Made by a program: the position numbers and the translations under genes
Shown: positions 38,616 to 47,201 of the stretch, piece by piece
Position numbering within the stretch: position 1 is the stretch's first letter
How the letters are laid out: the number at the start of each line of letters is the position of its first letter
Source: Eubacteriales bacterium
GTDB lineage: Bacteria > Bacillota > Clostridia > Oscillospirales > CAG-272
Assembly: GCA_045593725.1 (NCBI GenBank)
Contig: JAZNXE010000028.1
Coordinates: 10,694 to 74,693, forward strand
Direction of reading: 5' to 3'
Length of the DNA: 64,000 nucleotides
Notes under the pieces: generated by a model
Databases searched by the model: none
The model's input: the letters and a program-made list of their open reading frames with translations, nothing else
What the model was told of the DNA's origin: nothing

Positions 38616-40016
38616 TTATGTTCCGATATCGTAACCGGGATACTGTCCCTCGGAAAGTCGGTTTCCAAGATACAGGTCGCTGTAAAGAGAGGTTATCTCA
38701 TTCCACGTGTTTGCTCCCACCGTGCCGTTTGGTGTCAGTCCCTGAAGACGCTGAAAGGCTATTACAGCCTCCTGAGTACGCGAGCCGAAATATCCTGTGG
38801 GGGAAACCGAGGGTATCTGAGGATAAAAGCGGGCGATATAGTTTAGATATTCCTGCAAAAGCCTTACCACCTCGGATTCCGAGCCAAGCCGCAGAGGAAT
38901 ACCGGGGTAGGGATAGATACGCCCCTCGAAATACTTAAAGGGGATGGTTTCTATAAATCCCAGATAGGTGCGGTAAAGGGAATCCCACGTAAGAAGATCT
39001 ACCTCACCTGTGACAGGAAGCTCGAAAAGAGTCTGGAAGGCTCTTACAGCGTTTTCTGTGGCGGGACCGTAGCTTCCGTCAAGGGCTACCTCGGGTATCT
39101 CGTTGTAGAATTGAGCAAGATAGGCGAGAAAATATTGGATATTCCGTACGCTATCGCCCGTATCTCCCGGGACGGTAGCACCGGGAAATTGCTGTGTTAC
39201 CTCGGATAGGGTTATTCCCTCGGAGTCCAGCTCGTTAAGACGCTTTACGGCATTGTAAAGGAAGAGTATGCGGTACCACGTGGCGTTTCCTACTATTCCG
39301 TCGGGAGTCAGCCCGAATATTTCCTGAAAACGCTTTACAGCGTCCTCGGTGTCAAAGGAGAATACCCCGTCGGGAAGGGCTATCTTTGGAATAGAGGGGT
39401 AATTGTCGGAGATGCGGTTAAGACGGAGCTGAAGCGTCCGTACCTCGTCACCGCCGCTTCCAAGCCGCAGAGGACGTATGGGGGCTCTGGAGGTGACGTT
39501 CATTATGGGCGCATCGTTAACTATATTAATATCGTTGCCGTAATAGTATTGAAGCATTTCGTAGGGTGTATAGCCCTGCTCGGCGAGGTCAACCGTTCCC
39601 CATTGGGAAAGTCCGTCGCAGGTGACTCTCACGCCGTCGCAGTACTGGGCAAAAAGAGGCTCCACGCTTCCTTGACGCACGATATAGCTGTTGAAGATGT
39701 CACCCACTATCTGGCTGATATTTTCAAAATAATCTCTGTTGTTTACAAAGGATTGGTCAAAGGCGGTGGAGTTGGTGATATCGAAATCATATCCTCGGGA
39801 ACGGTAAAATTCGGTATATATTCTGTTAAGAGCGAAGGATATCTGCGCGTATATATTGGCTCTTATTGCTTCCTCGGGCCAGGTGGGGTATATCTCGCTT
39901 GAGGCTACGTTGGTTATGTAGTCTATAAAGGGTACGGTGACGTTTGGGGCGGATTGGTCGGGTGCTCCCAGATGTACCGTCACCGTTTCGGGAATAAAAG
40001 GAATATTTGCGTTCAT
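38616..40016 (-). CDS. sleC: SleC-like spore cortex-lytic enzyme body (catalytic region + three PG_binding_1 repeats)
   Basis: ITNVASSEIYPTWPEEAIRANIYAQISFALNRIYTEFYRSRGYDFDITNSTAFDQSF closely matches the clostridial SleC core as I recall it. Three PG-binding repeats follow. No signal peptide. ATG 40016 is preceded by AAGGAGA. Confidence 0.6.
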   Translation of the reverse strand: MNANIPFIPETVTVHLGAPDQSAPNVTVPFIDYITNVASSEIYPTWPEEAIRANIYAQISFALNRIYTEFYRSRGYDFDITNSTAFDQSFVNNRDYFENISQIVGDIFNSYIVRQGSVEPLFAQYCDGVRVTCDGLSQWGTVDLAEQGYTPYEMLQYYYGNDINIVNDAPIMNVTSRAPIRPLRLGSGGDEVRTLQLRLNRISDNYPSIPKIALPDGVFSFDTEDAVKRFQEIFGLTPDGIVGNATWYRILFLYNAVKRLNELDSEGITLSEVTQQFPGATVPGDTGDSVRNIQYFLAYLAQFYNEIPEVALDGSYGPATENAVRAFQTLFELPVTGEVDLLTWDSLYRTYLGFIETIPFKYFEGRIYPYPGIPLRLGSESEVVRLLQEYLNYIARFYPQIPSVSPTGYFGSRTQEAVIAFQRLQGLTPNGTVGANTWNEITSLYSDLYLGNRLSEGQYPGYDIGT

Positions 40017-40026
40017 TGCCTTCTCC

Positions 40027-40434
40027 TTAAAGATTTGGATTTTCGCTTTCGTTGAATATCTGAGGGGCGTAAAAGTTTTCGGATATGGGAACTAATACGG
40101 CGGGCTGTACAGAAACTACCGAGGAATATACGGGGACGTTCTGAAAGGATACGGGAATGTAGCCATCCTTGAAAACGTCTATATTCCACAGGGAATAGGG
40201 AACAGGTCCGCCGGGTGCCTGTGAGTCGGCGCGAGGGGGAGCTGGAAGGGGGATTTTTTCGGTTAATCCGTCGCGGTCGGTAGAAAGAGAGTGGATTACC
40301 CCCGATGTTTCGGGCGTTCCGCCCCGAATACTTACGGCGGCGTTGCCAAGAGGTATAGCTCCTCTTGCCGTGGAGACCTTTACTATAAGATATCCCATGC
40401 TTTGTGTGCTTTGAGTGCCGTTTGTGTTATCCAT
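40027..40434 (-). CDS. stand-alone homologue of the SleC N-terminal (pre/pro, CarboxypepD_reg-like) region
   Basis: 135 aa. GYLIVKVSTARGAIPLGNAAVSIRGG...DRDGLTEKIPLPAP...VFKDGYIP resembles the beta-sandwich N-terminal segment of pre-pro-SleC. Its TAA stop lies inside the RBS of the next gene. Confidence 0.5.
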   Translation of the reverse strand: MDNTNGTQSTQSMGYLIVKVSTARGAIPLGNAAVSIRGGTPETSGVIHSLSTDRDGLTEKIPLPAPPRADSQAPGGPVPYSLWNIDVFKDGYIPVSFQNVPVYSSVVSVQPAVLVPISENFYAPQIFNESENPNL

Positions 40435-40458
40435 AGACTTCTCCTTATAAGTAATATA

Positions 40459-41040
40459 TTAAATTTTTCCAAGTATAGCCGAGGCATTGTCCCGACATAC
40501 GGGAGAGGCGTATTCGGAAAGGTATAAGGACAGAGCCTTGGGACTTTCCGTATTCCCGTATTCGCATATAAAGCTGAAGCGGTCCAGAGGCAAAAGGTCA
40601 AGCTCAGAGTCCTCATCTACCGAGAGAAGTAAAAACCATTTACCCTCGCTGTCAAACCACGCTGAGCTTTCACCGTCGAATCCCTCGCGGTTAAGACGCT
40701 TGCATACTGCCAGCAGATGAGAGAGCTTTTCAAAGCTGTATGCCTTCTGACGTTGCTTGGGTGCTCCTATCTCTCCCGTTTGCCGTCGGGCGCTCTCGCC
40801 GAGTCTTGTTATAAACAGCTCACAGCCTCCGTCCCTTGACGGATAAAGCTGAAGCAGCACCTTGTGCCCCGACGTGTCGAATCCAAGCTCCTCGCGGGCA
40901 TATCCCAGTATCTCCTCAAACGCCGCCTTGGCGCTCGGATTGCCGTAATCAAGCTCGTCAATGCTTATGTTCCACTGCGCTATATCCTGCCTTGTAAGCA
41001 TTATCTTGAGCTTACTTTCGCTTATAAGTATGTATTCCAT
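40459..41040 (-). CDS. mecA: MecA-family adaptor protein
   Basis: 193 aa. N-domain MEYILISESKLKIMLTRQDI...ELFITRLG, a linker, and a C-domain (...KWFLLLSVDE...EYGN...) follow the MecA two-domain pattern. Confidence 0.7.
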   Translation of the reverse strand: MEYILISESKLKIMLTRQDIAQWNISIDELDYGNPSAKAAFEEILGYAREELGFDTSGHKVLLQLYPSRDGGCELFITRLGESARRQTGEIGAPKQRQKAYSFEKLSHLLAVCKRLNREGFDGESSAWFDSEGKWFLLLSVDEDSELDLLPLDRFSFICEYGNTESPKALSLYLSEYASPVCRDNASAILGKI

Positions 41041-41145
41041 ATATCCCTCCTTGGGGTGTCGCCTTGTTATCTTACTACATTATAAGCACAAACGAGGGAA
41101 AATGGTACCCCTAAAAATATGGAAAAAGAGCGAGAGAAATTAGAG

Positions 41146-41174
41146 TTGACGAAATTGGGCGCGGGTGATATAAT
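41146..41174 (+). promoter_or_regulatory. sigma-A-type promoter of the helicase gene
   Basis: TTGACG (41146-41151), 17-nt spacer, TATAAT (41169-41174). About 120-nt leader. Confidence 0.6.
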
Positions 41175-41296
41175 AGTAATGTAGATAAAAAGACGCGGGA
41201 GAATGTCGGCAGTCTAAGACTGGGAAAATATACATATCAATCTATGTAAGTGCCGCGGATTATATCACAGAGAGGGAAAGAAAGGAGAGGTTCCGT

Positions 41297-43729
41297 ATGA
41301 AATACAATAAGGATTCATGCGCCGTAGAGCTTACGGCATACGAGCTGTGCGCCACCGCGCTGAGAACAGGCGACCTTGACGGGGCATCTCTTGGCTCTTC
41401 CGAAGCCGACCACGACGCAAGGGAGCTGTATTTTAAGATACAGTCAGAGGCGGGGGCATATTATAACCCCAACGCGGAGCTTTGTAACACGGTGTCGCTG
41501 GACGGGATGTACTGCACAGTCACCGCCAAGGCTGACGGCATTATAAGAAAGAGCACGGGAGCGGTGGTGGATAAGATAAAATGTGTAAAAGGAAAAAGCT
41601 TTTACGCGCCTCCCGACTCGCTGACCTTGGGATTGCTTAAATGCTCGGCGTATTTTTTGTGCGTCCGCGACCGACTTGACGCGGTTGACGGCAGAGTGAG
41701 CTACTATAACACCGACACGAAAAAATTAAAATATTTCACATACAGATTTTTGCTTTCCGAGCTTAAGGATTTCTATTTGGAGCTTCTGGAGCGCGTAAAA
41801 TACAGAATAAAGATTACCTATGACAGGGCAAATGAGGAGCTTCCCGCGGCGGAGGGCGCGGTATTTCCATATACCGAGCTTCGTCATGGACAGGAAGCAA
41901 TGATACGCGAGTGCTACGGCGCTATACGCCGAGGGGAGCGTATTTTCGTGGAAGCTCCCACGGGTACGGGAAAAACTATTTCCGCGCTCTTTCCTGCGGT
42001 GCGTGCTCTTGGAAAGGGGTACTGCCATAAGATATTTTACCTCACGCCTAAGACAGCCACGAGAAGAGAGGCGTTTGCCGCCGCGGCAAAGCTTCACAGC
42101 AGCGGATGCCCTCAAAGGACGGTAATGCTTACCTCAAAGGAGCAGATGTGTCAATCGGCTGCAAGGTGCTTTGGGGATAGGAATGCCTGTTCGTCGGGTA
42201 ACTGTGAGTATTCTAAGGGATATTATGACCGAGTGGACGGGGCGCTCAGAGAGATGCTTGAAAATTACAGGGGGTACTCCAGAAGTCTTATTTTAGAGGT
42301 GGCGAAAAAGCATCGCGTGTGCCCCTATGAGCTATCTCTCGACCTTTCACAGCTTTGCGATATTATAATATGCGACTATAACTACGCATTTGACCCGTCG
42401 GTATATCTGCGGAGATATTTCGGAGCGGAGGGAAGAGCGCGGGAGGAAAAATACGTCTTTCTTGTTGACGAGGCTCACAATCTTGCTGACAGAGCCAGAG
42501 AGATGTATTCTGCCGAGCTTCATCTTTCGGATTTCCTGAATATAGTGACTATGATATCCCCCGACGACCCGTGTGGCGAGTCGGTAGAAAAGCTGATATC
42601 TCCCATAATAGCGTCATTTAAGAGCATAAAAAGGCTGTGCCGAGGAGATATTATAAAGGATGAAAACGGTAACGAGCGCGGATTTTATATAAGCTCCTCC
42701 CTTGTGGAAAAAATTGAGCAGTCTTTAAGCGTGTTCTACAAAAAATGCGGAGAATGGATAAGAAAAAACAAGCAGCACCCGCTTTTGGATGCTTTAGACG
42801 AGCTTCGGACGCAGGTGCGCAAATATATTACCGTGGGCGAATATTTTGATAGAAATTTCAGATTTTACGCGCAGATTTGTGACGGCGACGTAAGTGTAAG
42901 GATATACTGTCTTGACCCCTCGGAGATAATGAATTCCCTTTTGACCAGAGCTGCTTCGTCGGTTATGTTTTCGGCGACGCTCACGCCTCCCGAGTATTTT
43001 TGCGACGTGCTGGGAGGCGGAAAAACGGCTGGAAAGCTAAGTCTGCCGTCGCCCTTCGAGTCCGAAAATCTTTGCGTTGCGGTAGCCGATTACGTAAATA
43101 CACGATTCGACTCGCGGGAGGATAACGCCAAGCGCTTTGCTACCGTTATAGCCGCGGCGGTCACCTCAAGAGCGGGAAATTACATTGCGTATTTTCCCTC
43201 CTATCAATGTCTTGAGCAGACCTATAAGGCGTTTGTAAAAAAATATCCGCGAGTGGAAACGGTGGTACAGAGAAAAAATATGAGCTATGCCCAAAGAGAT
43301 GAATTTCTTTCTGCCTTCAAGGAGGATACGGGGCATCTCAGAGTGGGATTTTGCGTCCTTGGGGGAGTGTTTTCCGAGGGAGTTGATCTCCCCGGAAGCA
43401 GGCTTATAGGCTCGGTGATATTCGGCGTGGGTTTGCCCGGACTTTCAAATGAGCGTAATATAATAAAGGAGCATTTTGATATGAAGGTAGATGAGGGCAC
43501 GGGATATGACTACGCCTATACCTACCCGGGAATGAATAACGTGCTTCAGGCGGCGGGAAGGGTCATACGCAGAGAGGACGACCGCGGCATAGTCGTTCTG
43601 GCTGACGACAGATACGCCACCCCAAAGTACAGAACCCTATTTCCAAAGCATTGGCAGGGAGTCAAATATGCGGGAAATGCAAGTTCACTGGCGGAAATTA
43701 TTCGTAGATTTTGGGAAAATCAGCCTTAA
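41297..43729 (+). CDS. XPD/Rad3/DinG-family Fe-S helicase with an extra ~190-aa N-terminal domain
   Basis: Walker A EAPTGTGKT at residues ~220-227, DEAH box (LVDEAHNL), a four-Cys cluster region (CQSAARC...CSSGNCEY), and C-terminal helicase motifs (VLQAAGRVIRREDDRG). Confidence 0.8.
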   Translation: MKYNKDSCAVELTAYELCATALRTGDLDGASLGSSEADHDARELYFKIQSEAGAYYNPNAELCNTVSLDGMYCTVTAKADGIIRKSTGAVVDKIKCVKGKSFYAPPDSLTLGLLKCSAYFLCVRDRLDAVDGRVSYYNTDTKKLKYFTYRFLLSELKDFYLELLERVKYRIKITYDRANEELPAAEGAVFPYTELRHGQEAMIRECYGAIRRGERIFVEAPTGTGKTISALFPAVRALGKGYCHKIFYLTPKTATRREAFAAAAKLHSSGCPQRTVMLTSKEQMCQSAARCFGDRNACSSGNCEYSKGYYDRVDGALREMLENYRGYSRSLILEVAKKHRVCPYELSLDLSQLCDIIICDYNYAFDPSVYLRRYFGAEGRAREEKYVFLVDEAHNLADRAREMYSAELHLSDFLNIVTMISPDDPCGESVEKLISPIIASFKSIKRLCRGDIIKDENGNERGFYISSSLVEKIEQSLSVFYKKCGEWIRKNKQHPLLDALDELRTQVRKYITVGEYFDRNFRFYAQICDGDVSVRIYCLDPSEIMNSLLTRAASSVMFSATLTPPEYFCDVLGGGKTAGKLSLPSPFESENLCVAVADYVNTRFDSREDNAKRFATVIAAAVTSRAGNYIAYFPSYQCLEQTYKAFVKKYPRVETVVQRKNMSYAQRDEFLSAFKEDTGHLRVGFCVLGGVFSEGVDLPGSRLIGSVIFGVGLPGLSNERNIIKEHFDMKVDEGTGYDYAYTYPGMNNVLQAAGRVIRREDDRGIVVLADDRYATPKYRTLFPKHWQGVKYAGNASSLAEIIRRFWENQP

Positions 43730-43859
43730 TGGCGCATATCTATAAAAAATTTGCAAAAATTAAAAATAATTCTTGCTTTTTTCTTCTTTGTATGCTACAA
43801 TATACGAGAATGCTTTAAATGCCGATATAAAGCGGCAAATTTCTATCCTCGGAGGACCT

Positions 43860-45143
43860 ATGTACTATTCACAGATGTCTGCTGACCAACTTAAGGCTCT
43901 TAAGGCAGAGCTTGAAAATAAATATAACGCGCTCAAGGAGCAGAAGCTGTCCCTTGACCTGTCGCGGGGAAAGCCGGGACAGACTCAGCTTGATTTGATG
44001 ACCGGAATGCTGGATTGCATATCGAGCGCGGAGGATTGCAGAACAGAGAACGGTCTTGATTGCCGTAACTACGGAGTGCTTGACGGTATCCCCGAGGCAA
44101 AAAAGCTTTTCTCCGACCTTTTGGGAATACCCGCCAAAAATATTTTTATAGGGGGGAACTCCTCGCTTAATCTTATGTACGACTCTATCGCGAGAGCTAT
44201 GCTTTACGGCGTGGTCGGAAGCGAGAAGCCTTGGTGTAAGCTGGAAAAGATAAAATTTGTTTGCCCTGCTCCGGGATACGACCGCCACTTTGCTATCTGC
44301 GAGTCGCTGGGTATAGAGATGATATACGTTCCTATGCTTCCCACGGGACCCGATATGGATAAGGTGGAAGCTCTGGTCGCCGCTGACGAGGCGGTTAAGG
44401 GTATATGGTGCTGTCCTAAGTACTCCAACCCCGACGGATATACCTACTCCGACGAAACCGTGACAAGACTTGCCAAGATGCCTGCGGCGGCTGATGATTT
44501 CCGTATATTCTGGGATAACGCTTACGCTGTTCACGAGCTTTACGGCGAGGGAGGTGACCAGCTTCTTGACATATTTGAGGAGTGCAAGAAATACGGAACA
44601 GAGAACAGAGTGATGTATTTCGCCTCTACGTCAAAGATATCCTTCCCCGGCTCGGGGGTTGCGCTCCTTGCGGCTTCCGAGGAAAATCTGGCGCAGATAA
44701 AGCCTATTATGGGCGTACAGACTATCGGCTTTGATAAGATAAATCAGATACGTCACGTCAAATACTTCAAGACGGCAGAAAATATAAAGAAGCATATGAT
44801 GGTTTTGGCTGAGGTCATCCGTCCCAAGTTTGAGATAGTAGAGAGAGTTCTCTCCACGGCTCTTGACGGAACGGGAGCGGCTACGTGGACACATCCCAAG
44901 GGCGGATATTTCGTAAGCCTTTACGCAGAGCAGGGATGCGCTAAGCGAACATATCAGCTTTGTAAGGAGGCGGGAGTGGTGCTTACCAACGTGGGCGCTA
45001 CCTACCCTTACGGAAAAGACCCTTATGACAGCAATATCAGAATAGCCCCCACCTATCCCTCCAACGAGGAGCTGGAGAAGGCTATGGAGGTATTTACCGT
45101 TTGTCTGCGACTTGCGGTGGTTGAGAAATTTTTGGCTGAATAA
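43860..45143 (+). CDS. PLP-dependent aminotransferase (class I/II fold)
   Basis: [24 protein letters not shown] and [15 protein letters not shown] (putative PLP-Lys). Start ATG 43860 behind GGAGG rather than track start 43773. Confidence 0.75.
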   Translation: MYYSQMSADQLKALKAELENKYNALKEQKLSLDLSRGKPGQTQLDLMTGMLDCISSAEDCRTENGLDCRNYGVLDGIPEAKKLFSDLLGIPAKNIFIGGNSSLNLMYDSIARAMLYGVVGSEKPWCKLEKIKFVCPAPGYDRHFAICESLGIEMIYVPMLPTGPDMDKVEALVAADEAVKGIWCCPKYSNPDGYTYSDETVTRLAKMPAAADDFRIFWDNAYAVHELYGEGGDQLLDIFEECKKYGTENRVMYFASTSKISFPGSGVALLAASEENLAQIKPIMGVQTIGFDKINQIRHVKYFKTAENIKKHMMVLAEVIRPKFEIVERVLSTALDGTGAATWTHPKGGYFVSLYAEQGCAKRTYQLCKEAGVVLTNVGATYPYGKDPYDSNIRIAPTYPSNEELEKAMEVFTVCLRLAVVEKFLAE

Positions 45144-45148
45144 ATAAT

Positions 45149-45176
45149 TTCGGGCTGTCGCGTGCGACAGCCCGAA
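45149..45176 (+). other. perfect GC-rich hairpin between aminotransferase and radical-SAM genes (no U-tract)
   Basis: TTCGGGCTGTCGC-GT-GCGACAGCCCGAA. Followed by GTATTAAAAAGG and the next RBS, so it is a weak terminator or an RNA-stability/processing element. Confidence 0.5.
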
Positions 45177-45195
45177 GTATTAAAAAGGAGCGCAG

Positions 45196-46155
45196 ATGAA
45201 GAAAACGCAAAGAAGTGAAAATCCGTACGTTAATACAGACAGCAACAAAAGATATTTTACCTACGACTACTATCTTCGTCGCCGCTTTGGCACAAAGGTT
45301 GCTAAGATTCCTCTTGATATAGGCTTGACCTGCCCCAATATCGACGGCAGATGCGGCGTTGGAGGTTGTATATATTGCTCGGGGAGGGGAAGCGGAGATT
45401 TCGCTCAGAGCAGTGAGCTGTCTATAAAAGAGCAGTATGAGATAACAAGAGCAAAGCTCTCGTCAAAATGGAGTACGGATAGGTGTATAGCTTACTTTCA
45501 GGCTCATACGAACACCTACGCCCCCGCGGAGCTTTTGAGAGAAAAATTTTCCGAAGCGCTGACGCTTGAGGGAGTGGTGGGCTTGAATATCGCTACGCGT
45601 GCCGACTGTCTGCCCGAGGACGTATGCGCACTTCTGGGAGAGCTTGCCGAGAAAACCGTCCTCACTGTGGAGCTGGGACTGCAAAGCTCCTCGGACAAAA
45701 CGGCAGAGCTTATAAACAGGGGCCACAGCTTTGCGGATTTTGTGGAAGGATACCGCCGACTAAGAGCCGCCTCGAATAGGATAGAGATTTGCGTACATAT
45801 CATTCTCGGTCTGCCCGAGGAGAGCAGGGAGGATATGCTGAAAACGGTCAGGGAGGTCGCGGAGCTTCGCCCCGAGCAGGTGAAGATACATCTGCTTCAC
45901 GTGCTGAAAAACACGAGGATGGCAGAGATGTATGAGAGAGGGGAATATACTCCCCTTGAAAAGGAGGAATACGTTGCCCTCGTCGCCGACGCAATAGAGC
46001 TGCTGCCGCCCGATACGGTGGTCGCCCGAGTTACGGGTGACGGAATGGGAGAGGACCTGCTCGCCCCCGATTGGAGCAGAAAAAAGGTGTCGGTCATAAA
46101 CGATATAGATAAGCTGCTCTACGAGAGGGGAAGCTGGCAGGGGAAGTGCTTTTGA
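45196..46155 (+). CDS. TIGR01212-family radical SAM protein
   Basis: NKRYFTYDYYLRRRFG..KIPLD.GLTCPNIDGRCGVGGCIYC N-terminus is characteristic of the TIGR01212 (YhcC-like) family. Confidence 0.85.
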   Translation: MKKTQRSENPYVNTDSNKRYFTYDYYLRRRFGTKVAKIPLDIGLTCPNIDGRCGVGGCIYCSGRGSGDFAQSSELSIKEQYEITRAKLSSKWSTDRCIAYFQAHTNTYAPAELLREKFSEALTLEGVVGLNIATRADCLPEDVCALLGELAEKTVLTVELGLQSSSDKTAELINRGHSFADFVEGYRRLRAASNRIEICVHIILGLPEESREDMLKTVREVAELRPEQVKIHLLHVLKNTRMAEMYERGEYTPLEKEEYVALVADAIELLPPDTVVARVTGDGMGEDLLAPDWSRKKVSVINDIDKLLYERGSWQGKCF

Positions 46156-46180
46156 ATTTCTCACAGACCCACGCGAGGAA

Positions 46181-46211
46181 GTTTAGGTCAAGCCTTTTCA
46201 AAGGCTTGCGG
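46181..46211 (+). repeat. left copy of an imperfect inverted repeat
   Basis: GTTTAGGTCAAGCCTTTTCAAAGGCTTGCGG aligns with the reverse complement of 48471-48503 (GTGTAGGTCTGAAGGCTTTTCAAGAGCCCGCGC). About three quarters of positions are identical by hand alignment. Confidence 0.55.
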
Positions 46212-46516
46212 TTTCCAAAGGCAGAGTCTTGGTCGCCCGTCGCAACGGGCGAAATACCCCCTATCGTTCATAAAACGCAGGAGAGGTGAATTTGAACGGC
46301 TCACCGTTCAAAGAGGAGATACGGTCAAAAGCATAGTCGTCTTGGTCGCTACCGCTTCCAATACTCTTTGCTTTTTCCTATTTGAGTGACGGCTTTATCG
46401 CCCACTGGGCGCGCCGTCCCACAAATCCCTCGTCGGGGGTTCCCCTTATAATGCCTTAAGCATCTTATACGTAGTGTGTATTTTTGTTTTACAATGGGTC
46501 AATTTCCTACACTTAA

Positions 46517-46552
46517 ACAAAAAACAGCCGTGATTTTTCACGGCTGTTTTTT
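46517..46552. terminator. orphan bidirectional terminator inside the ORF-free tract
   Basis: AAAAAA, then ACAGCCGTGA-TTTT-TCACGGCTGT, then TTTTTT. It lies 360 nt from the nearest gene end. Confidence 0.75.
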
Positions 46553-46940
46553 GCATCCCAAAACCCCGCCACAGTGGCGGGGTTCCATGTAGGCTTTGCC
46601 GACGAGCAGAAAACAAAAAAGTCAGCGCATAATGTTCTCGTGCCAAAGGCTCCCTTGTGTAAAGGGAGCTGGGTAGTGGTGGATGAGGAGTTAGTTTGTG
46701 TTAAAGACACCTCATCCGTCAGCCTACGGCTGCCACCTTCCCCCACTGGGGAAGGCTTAGACTAAGTGATTGCCACATTTGCGGTGGCAGGGCTACTATC
46801 GCAAGTGACGGACAATTCGACGAGTCTATGCTAAGCGGGCGGAATGCTCCAAGAGGGATAGCGCAAGTCACCTGCACGGCTGGTGGTCATGATTTTTTCA
46901 AATCGAAGATCGCTTTCTATAAGCAAGGTTTGTCAGCAGT

Positions 46941-46975
46941 CTGAAGCACAGAACCTTCAGTTCTGCCCTTTTTTG
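46941..46975 (+). terminator. terminator-like hairpin with a competing alternative hairpin
   Basis: CAGAAC(46949-54)/GTTCTG(46960-65) followed by CCCTTTTTT. This competes with CTGAAG(46941-46)/CTTCAG(46955-60). Confidence 0.5.
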
Positions 46976-46984
46976 TAAAAAGTG

Positions 46985-47013
46985 TTTACAAATTTGATTT
47001 TTTATGTTATACT
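46985..47013 (+). promoter_or_regulatory. sigma-A-type promoter
   Basis: TTTACA (46985-46990), 17-nt spacer, TATACT (47008-47013). Confidence 0.55.
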
Positions 47014-47162
47014 GAGAAAGCCAAACAAAAACTAATATTTTTTATCTGCATTTAAGGGTGTGTATTTTTATTTGCGTAAAAATACAGACGCTCTGCTTTT
47101 TGCACGCTCTTTTGTGGATGAAAAGTTTTTGTTTGGCGACAATTGGAGCTATGTATTTTTCG

Positions 47163-47201
47163 GTGCGTATAGCTTCGGTTGTACGCACTTTTTTTGTTTT
47201 T
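47163..47201 (+). terminator. rho-independent terminator/attenuator upstream of the lipoprotein gene
   Basis: GTGCGTA (47163-69) / TACGCAC (47182-88) followed by TTTTTTTGTTTTTT. Confidence 0.65.

Larger units (their letters stand above)
46156..46980. other. ORF-free, hairpin-dense intergenic tract (candidate REP-like array and/or untranslated transcripts)
   Basis: No credible ORF on either strand. At least 10 perfect short hairpins: 46189-46208, 46223-46242, 46291-46312, 46523-46548, 46564-46582, 46649-46669, 46681-46717, 46720-46732, 46736-46755, 46771-46789. Two orphan terminators. Confidence 0.7.

Noticed and set aside
46561-46756. Cobalamin-riboswitch-like strings: CCCCGCCACTGT on the minus strand at 46564-46582 and CCACTGGGGAAGGC at 46742-46756.
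   Set aside because: Each string is simply one arm plus the loop of a perfect local hairpin. The other B12 core elements (GGUG..AAUCC, the AGYCMGG..CCKGCC B12 box) are absent, and no cobalamin-related gene follows.
46800-46830. tmRNA-like string GGACAATTCGACGAG.
   Set aside because: There is no 5' GGGG acceptor strand, no tag reading frame ending in ..LAA-stop, and no 3' tRNA-like T-arm/CCA end nearby on either strand.
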